Virus record (IMG/VR): IMGVR_UViG_3300021165_000369
Location: 1-32,349 of that record
Reading direction: 5' to 3' (one strand)
DNA length: 32,349 nucleotides
From: a virus
Lineage: Duplodnaviria; Caudoviricetes
Positions within the stretch are counted from its first letter, which is position 1, and each line of letters opens with the position of its first letter. The translations under genes and the position numbers were made by a program. The notes below the pieces were generated by a model, which was not told where the DNA came from, did no database searches, and worked only from the letters and a program-made list of their open reading frames with translations. Of this stretch, positions 27,601-32,349 are shown in pieces.

Positions 27601-30600
27601 TTAAAGCTTGTTCAATATCTTTTATCTTTTGTAATCTGTCAACACCTAATGCATTACTATCAGGTTGACCAAATTCATCTCTGTAGCTATAAATTAAATC
27701 ACTTATCATTCTTTGTGCACCAGCTGCATCAAAGTCTGAATTAGTAAGCTCATTCATTTTACCTTGTAGTAAGGCTAGCTCTTCAAATCTTTTATTTCTT
27801 TCTTTATAGAAATCATCACTGTATTTTATTCTTAAATTTTGTTTTTCCCATTCTCTCATTTTTTTCTTAAACTCACCAGAACCTCTGGTAATACCATTAG
27901 CTTCTAGTAAACTTACAGTTTCATTATAAGATGTCTGAAGGGAGCCCTCAATAGGAACAAAGTGACTAAAGTCTTTTGTTGCTTCTCTATGTTTAATCAA
28001 TACCTCAGCAACACTTCTGTCATAGATACCTTTTTCAGCATCATCTACTTTTTCTGTACCATCTTCATAGTATAGTGAAGCTAGTTGCTGATACTCTCTC
28101 CATAAAGCTTGTGCTGATGAATAACCTTCAAGTCTTTCTAGCTCATTGTCAAATTGATTAACTGCATTGTTATACTCTGCAAGCTTTTGTTTTCTCAAAC
28201 TGTATGCTAATTCACCTATCTCAGATTCTTTAAAGATATTATCTTTTTCATAGTACTCAGGAACAAATTCCTGCCACATATAATCAGCATTAAACTGCCT
28301 TAACTCATTTGTTGCTGCAGCAATCTTATTTCTGTCTCCTGTTTTTTTAGCTTCTTCAACTTTATATTCCAACATATCTTGTTGGTATCTCCAGCCATTA
28401 CCAAATTCATTTAGAAATGTCCATATTTCTTTTTCCATTGGTTCTCCGGTCTCTTTATTAAAGAACATGATAGTATCTTTCTCAGATATCATATCCCGGA
28501 TCTGCATAGTATTCATTTTACTAAATCCAACTTTTGGTAAAAGATCAGATAAAACTTTTCTAAACTCCATAGATTTTTTCCAAACCTCATTCTCTACTTC
28601 TGTTCTTTGATCTTGGATAAATATTGCTAATGGTCCTACTATAATATCATTACTAGAGCTATAGCTTTCTAACCATCTATTAAACCAAGATACATCATGA
28701 GCATTACCAGTTAAAGCATTTCTAATTTTATCTTCATTAACTACAAAGTCTTGATATTCTTTTACAAAACCTCTAAGAATACTTTCTGGTACTCCTTTCT
28801 TAACAAGTTCTGCTATATCATCATTAGATAAGTTTTGATTAGTTACTTTGTTATATATACCTAATACTGCTTCTTCAAGTTCACTTTTAGGAAAAGCATT
28901 TTTTAATGCAATACCTAAATTAGAGTTAAGCTTTTGAGTAACAAACTCATTCATATATGATGTTATCTCAACAAAAAACTGAACATTGTTATCTTTTAAT
29001 ATATCAGCAATGTTTTTTTGAATTCTGGTAATATTGGTAACAATCTCATTTATAGTTTGATAGAAAGGATTGTTACTATCTACAAAAGATTCTTGTGTAA
29101 GCAACTTATCTATATCACTTATCATACTTAAGTAAGACCTTGCACTTTCTTTATAGAGTCTTAGTAGACCAATTATATGTCTGCTGTTTATATTCTCTTT
29201 GCTGATCTTGCTTATATCCTTAAGCATGTTTTGAGTAACAGAATTTATAGAGTCAACACTATTAACTAAAGCCGTAGCTTTATTCTTCATGTCCTGAAGT
29301 CTCATCTCTTCTGCATCAAGAACTTTATCAAATATTTCTGCTGGTGTATTATCTTGAATTCCAGAGAAATCCATATAACCTTTTAAACTTTCTCTAATTT
29401 GCTCAATAAACTCTGTAGAACCTTTTTTAAATAAAGCTTCTTGCATCATTTTATAAGTTACCTTATCACCATAGAATTTTTTAGCTTCAGATAATACTAA
29501 TCTGTTTGTGTTGTAGGTTTGTTCTACCATCTTCTGCATAGTCTCAGGATTTGAAAGTTTAACAAGCTCATCTGCCCGCTCCTTTACAAATCTACCATAC
29601 ATTACAAGATCTTCTTCAGTAACCATGTCTGTCTCAAACACAAAGTCTTTTTCTAAAAGCATCTCTGCTAGTTCATTTAGAGTTGTATTCTCATTTAACT
29701 TAGATACAGTAACTTTATTTCCAAATATACCTCTCAGCATATTTTTAATAGCAGCTAAAAGTTTATTTATAAAACCTTCAAAACCTTCAGTTTCAATTTG
29801 ACCCACAACTTTGTTTACAGCTTTTAACTGTAATCCAAAGGCTAAGCTTTCTTCCATAAATAAAGGACTATCCACTTCTAATTCAGGATAATTCTTTATT
29901 ACATATGACTTAACACCTTGTCCTTCATCTGTAGCCATCAATTGATCATACAGATTCTTAAATAGTTTAGGGTTAGTTTTACGGATACCTTGTAGTAATG
30001 GATGTGAAAATTCATGTAGTACTGTATTCACACTTACATTATCACCTACTATATAAACAGTTCCTGCAAAATAAAATGCAGGTTCTCCACGGTATTGCAC
30101 TGGTCTATTTCTTAATAGTTTTTGTGCTTGTTCTACAGATATTTTTTGAAAGTCTGTTTTTAAACCTTTTGCAAGTCTGAGAGCTAATACTTCTGCAACT
30201 TCTTTTGCTCTTGCATCTTGTAAAACCTTGATATCCATATCTACTAATGGTATGGGCTCTTTAATTTCTAAATTGTTTAATTGATCATTATTCCCACTAA
30301 CATATTCATACTGATTGGGTGCAATTTCTTTAGCTAAACCTTTTTGTACAAGACTTTTCCATAGTGGTGTGCTGTTATCATTTAATTCACCGCTTCTTAA
30401 AACTACATTATTTTTATTAAAACTTTTTGCAAGTTGGTCATATATCTCTGAAGCAATACCTTGATTTCTATACTCAGGTTCTATTTCAACTGCATCAACA
30501 ACAGCAACTCCATTATTTAATGCATAATTAACACCACCTATTCTGATACCATCTTGAAGTATATCTAAATTATAACTATTGTTACCATAGCCACTATTAA

Positions 30601-30955
30601 ATTTTAAAGTAAGTCCTGTAGTTTCTGGTATAATTACATTTTCAGACTCAAGATTTTCTACTTGTGTCTTAAGTTTTTGTAGCTGATCAAATAACAAATC
30701 ATTAGGTATAGCTCTATAGATATTAAATGTAGTGTCTCTTCTAGGTGTAGATCCTTTTAAGTCTATCCCTGTTGATGTTTCTGTACTGAATAAAAGATCA
30801 CCATTTGTTTCTAAGCCAAACTTTTTTATAGCATAATTTGTAACTGATCTGTTTAGTAGATCAAACTTATCTCTATCAATTATTCTTCTTACATCATCTG
30901 TTGCACCGTTGTTTTCAAGATACTTGATAGTATTAACTTTTACTTCACAAACCAT
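24680..30955 (-). CDS. Giant (2091 aa) polyvalent, probably virion-ejected protein: GNAT-like, zincin metallopeptidase, helical body, LysM, C-terminal TM segment
   Basis: VEIEPEYRNQGIASEIY (GNAT motif A); HEFSH...EE (zincin); KGETLEEIAAKYYIDVVELKAKN...GQEIVI (LysM); GLTTIMFSVLASMIFG hydrophobic helix; single Cys. Confidence 0.8.
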   Translation of the reverse strand: MVCEVKVNTIKYLENNGATDDVRRIIDRDKFDLLNRSVTNYAIKKFGLETNGDLLFSTETSTGIDLKGSTPRRDTTFNIYRAIPNDLLFDQLQKLKTQVENLESENVIIPETTGLTLKFNSGYGNNSYNLDILQDGIRIGGVNYALNNGVAVVDAVEIEPEYRNQGIASEIYDQLAKSFNKNNVVLRSGELNDNSTPLWKSLVQKGLAKEIAPNQYEYVSGNNDQLNNLEIKEPIPLVDMDIKVLQDARAKEVAEVLALRLAKGLKTDFQKISVEQAQKLLRNRPVQYRGEPAFYFAGTVYIVGDNVSVNTVLHEFSHPLLQGIRKTNPKLFKNLYDQLMATDEGQGVKSYVIKNYPELEVDSPLFMEESLAFGLQLKAVNKVVGQIETEGFEGFINKLLAAIKNMLRGIFGNKVTVSKLNENTTLNELAEMLLEKDFVFETDMVTEEDLVMYGRFVKERADELVKLSNPETMQKMVEQTYNTNRLVLSEAKKFYGDKVTYKMMQEALFKKGSTEFIEQIRESLKGYMDFSGIQDNTPAEIFDKVLDAEEMRLQDMKNKATALVNSVDSINSVTQNMLKDISKISKENINSRHIIGLLRLYKESARSYLSMISDIDKLLTQESFVDSNNPFYQTINEIVTNITRIQKNIADILKDNNVQFFVEITSYMNEFVTQKLNSNLGIALKNAFPKSELEEAVLGIYNKVTNQNLSNDDIAELVKKGVPESILRGFVKEYQDFVVNEDKIRNALTGNAHDVSWFNRWLESYSSSNDIIVGPLAIFIQDQRTEVENEVWKKSMEFRKVLSDLLPKVGFSKMNTMQIRDMISEKDTIMFFNKETGEPMEKEIWTFLNEFGNGWRYQQDMLEYKVEEAKKTGDRNKIAAATNELRQFNADYMWQEFVPEYYEKDNIFKESEIGELAYSLRKQKLAEYNNAVNQFDNELERLEGYSSAQALWREYQQLASLYYEDGTEKVDDAEKGIYDRSVAEVLIKHREATKDFSHFVPIEGSLQTSYNETVSLLEANGITRGSGEFKKKMREWEKQNLRIKYSDDFYKERNKRFEELALLQGKMNELTNSDFDAAGAQRMISDLIYSYRDEFGQPDSNALGVDRLQKIKDIEQALINFRAKFDKRTGLSLEDSQELDLLIDKAKKGQIQTGSPEAARYLYLLKLQKDQGINPEDSNRIKQLISELSDLSNRRPTEYYLETLNFNLSKQNIGEVTEERVDDYINEADFQQLLDQDDNFKNWFELNHVQREVYDRELKKKVTIYQRTSANSFIVPSDSEYIETTKIIDTETGETISIMGVPNVRHSRYDVKNEYRTIPLGEAWTDYIGQYKDNKGNWLPRKFGPKERHSARDGKFMSKKYAQISSNPNSAQFKLLEAMKAYHLSNQEGMSGYGKLYLDLPRYATKKLDIYQAFQRGAYGERYKELSTNIKAWWSQTWNKSVADYEQNDLNYDPKNNLVNTDLDGNQVSYIPVTGIYNLDDSITDADVLQGMFKYALSIQTQGKLLESLPLVESVLSTLEDPANQPKELEAFSKGMFSIRGILQKANKPGASNNRLGQVRSLIQREYSGKNVEGIDETNPRVAKFLSNIQGFSTVSSLAVNIPSALKNQFSGYIQEIIEAAGAEFITLKDIALSTPWATKAMLDWTTKDIYAVGPGSESGQLIQMFDPNFKTTDEFGREVTRSMLKDLVNAEWLYMHRKFGEMSVAMKLFGAFLHGQKVDQKLKNGTIKSIRYVDAWEKDANGILKLKEGVHPGWNNTSVFHIYSKGETLEEIAAKYYIDVVELKAKNRIKSEIQLEDGQEIVIAKSEKFKAFKNRLQGTSRRLFGVYDRMGQPEGNKLLIYRMFFFMRKWFTPMFVNRFGMDTKTLEMTRGGERYDWALGKYTKGYYITAFQVITKVLKSKFRDYQYLTPEEKSDFRRFATEGLTTIMFSVLASMIFGFDPDDDDKWEKLKDKSGAINQDNFNTYGFMSNHMLNLMLGVQAETSAFIPLPSVFGMNLGADDYAKMVTSTSTSWYNTVILYIQMLGDVASFVTFDDMPRYEKDTGPYWWDQKDELKIWNKIFKAVGFTGGSGDPVTSIKNQAQSGSRIGGQ

Positions 30956-30956
30956 T

Positions 30957-32349
30957 TTATCTACATTTAAACGGATCTTCCTCTAGACCAAACTGTTGAA
31001 GTATTTCTTCATCACTTATGCCTTGATTTCTTCCAATTATATTTTTCATATCAGCATACATACTAGAGCCCGGATTTAAGTAACCAAATTCTTCATATAG
31101 CCTCTTACTTAAATATACAAATAATTCTTGAGGCATACTATTAATATTACCAAAACCTGTCTCAGGAAAGGCAACTGGCACACCACCAACTATTAGTGAT
31201 TTGATAGATGCTATTCTTCTTTCCCAAAGAGTTTTTAAAGAATTATACTTTGCGGGATCTAATTTACTAAATCCATCTGTAGGATTATCTAAACCAATTA
31301 AAAAATCAATAGACATGTCAGAAACTTTTTTACCAAAGTAACTCTGATTACTAAACTTCACAGTGTAGTTTGAGTCAAGTTCTTTTTTAGAAGTACCAAA
31401 TATAAATACTGTATTTGGGTTATTCATACTCATGTTAGTATAGTAAAGCTCATTAGTAGCTTTAGAATCATTGTAAGTAAAAATGCCTTCTCTATTTGTT
31501 TCTGTTAAACCAGCTCTAGATTTAACTTCAGTATCATCAGAAGTGTCTTCACTAGTAGATGGTTGAGTAGTAAACTTCTTAAATCCTTCTATATCTTGTT
31601 TACTTCCTAATATGTGTGTTTGAGAAAATGATTTTACAACTACTTCACCTAATTCATTTGGATTATAGTCTACTGGTTCTTTTCCATTTAGCTCAGGATT
31701 ATTCCAAGCACCCACAGTTACTAAAGCACCATCATAATTTTTAATTACATCAGTTCCCCAATTTTTATTTGCCTGATTAGCATCAGTATTTAAAGGATTT
31801 TGCAAATTAACTATAACAGCATATAATTGTCCTGCTTTATCAATTGCTTGATTAGCATATCCTTGTGCATATTTAGCATCAGGAGAAAAATAAATACCTC
31901 TTCCAAAAAAACCTGTATCTAATTCTCCAATTAAAGTGTCATCAAAATTATCAAATCTATCAGCATTTCTTGAACCATGATAAAGTACATCTTTTAATTT
32001 GCTATTAGGAAATATAGTATCTAAGTATTGAGAATATTGTTGAATTGTACCTACAGCTACTAACTCAGGATTAGATTCAAATAGTTCTGACACACCTTCT
32101 TTAACACTAGTAGATGGTTGAGTAATAACTTTAGAAGCTCTTCTTGTAGTAGGGGTGGCTGCTTTCTTAATTGTAGCAGGATTATTATAATCTATTGTAG
32201 ATAGATAATCTTTGTACCTCTGTCTTGTATTCATGTCAGAGTTTTCAGTAATGAAAAGCTCATAAAAATTATCAAGAAGTGCAAATTCATTTTTCTCTAA
32301 TGCATTTATAAATTTATCTGACTCAGATTCAACAATGTTTAAAAATGCA
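30957..32349 (-). CDS. C-terminal part of another large polyvalent protein (5'-truncated): ADP-ribosyltransferase-like domain plus degenerate macro-like domain
   Basis: Frame stays open upstream of ATG 32234 to the window edge (AFLNIVESESDKF...). LYHGS, GRGIYFS...YA..YA, VNLQNPL, YDG, GEVVV match ART-PolyVal-type ARTs. Confidence 0.8.
   Translation of the reverse strand, partial: AFLNIVESESDKFINALEKNEFALLDNFYELFITENSDMNTRQRYKDYLSTIDYNNPATIKKAATPTTRRASKVITQPSTSVKEGVSELFESNPELVAVGTIQQYSQYLDTIFPNSKLKDVLYHGSRNADRFDNFDDTLIGELDTGFFGRGIYFSPDAKYAQGYANQAIDKAGQLYAVIVNLQNPLNTDANQANKNWGTDVIKNYDGALVTVGAWNNPELNGKEPVDYNPNELGEVVVKSFSQTHILGSKQDIEGFKKFTTQPSTSEDTSDDTEVKSRAGLTETNREGIFTYNDSKATNELYYTNMSMNNPNTVFIFGTSKKELDSNYTVKFSNQSYFGKKVSDMSIDFLIGLDNPTDGFSKLDPAKYNSLKTLWERRIASIKSLIVGGVPVAFPETGFGNINSMPQELFVYLSKRLYEEFGYLNPGSSMYADMKNIIGRNQGISDEEILQQFGLEEDPFKCR
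31550..31569. repeat. 20-bp direct repeat, copy 1 (encodes TQPSTS on - strand)
   Basis: cactagtagatggttgagta, identical to 32105-32124. Confidence 0.95.
32105..32124. repeat. 20-bp direct repeat, copy 2 (encodes TQPSTS on - strand)
   Basis: cactagtagatggttgagta; offset from copy 1 is 555 bp = 185 codons. Confidence 0.95.

Noticed and set aside
2393-30180. Short ORF-track entries overlapping real genes (e.g. 2393-, 3912-, 8221-, 10595+, 11743-, 12606-, 13926-, 14460-, 14810-, 15845-, 18538-, 19090-, 19405-, 23242-, 24624+, 29998+)
   Set aside because: Antisense or off-frame shadows of well-supported genes, with no motifs.
31550-32124. Repeats as a CRISPR array, IS ends or a DGR template/variable pair
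   Set aside because: Only two direct copies 555 bp apart inside a CDS; no transposase, reverse transcriptase or adenine-specific mismatches in the window.
32232-32234. ATG 32234 as the start of a 425-aa protein
   Set aside because: The frame is open to the window edge, so the gene most likely starts outside the window.
1-32349. Stop-codon reassignment as in some crAss-like phages
   Set aside because: Conserved genes are full-length in the standard code; TAG and TGA end genes at sensible, tightly packed positions.
1-32349. tRNA or rRNA genes
   Set aside because: Intergenic spaces are short and no cloverleaf or T-loop pattern was seen; the GTTCAA at 10928 belongs to the intron R element.

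Overview
A 32.3-kb, AT-rich, densely coding fragment of a large tailed dsDNA phage. The host is very likely Bacteroidota: there are no Shine-Dalgarno motifs, TTG-N19-TAnnTTTG promoters are present, the ClpS is Bacteroidetes-type and one signal peptide follows the Q-rule. The layout resembles crAss-like phages. Bases 1-24.65 kb (+) form an early/replication arm: SF2 helicase, ClpS, small membrane proteins, UDG, DnaB, an AAA_24/Sak4-like ATPase split by a group I intron with an HNH homing endonuclease, SSB-like protein, primase, a DUF6878/DUF6915/metallopeptidase-vWA/MoxR module, a PD-(D/E)XK nuclease, family B DNA polymerase and a DUF932-like protein. It converges at a terminator with 24.68-32.35 kb (-), which encodes giant, nearly Cys-free, probably virion-ejected polyvalent proteins. 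Most notable: (i) an ADP-ribosyltransferase domain bounded by perfect in-frame 20-bp direct repeats (TQPSTS), like a swappable cassette; (ii) the only visible Cys of two adjacent giant proteins sit tail-to-head; (iii) a ~28-aa 'ML.S.D.[DE]N' module recurs in three proteins, two flanking the MoxR-vWA pair; (iv) a well-formed intron whose endonuclease ORF and promoter overlap the ribozyme core. Family names come from motif recognition and recall, not database searches.
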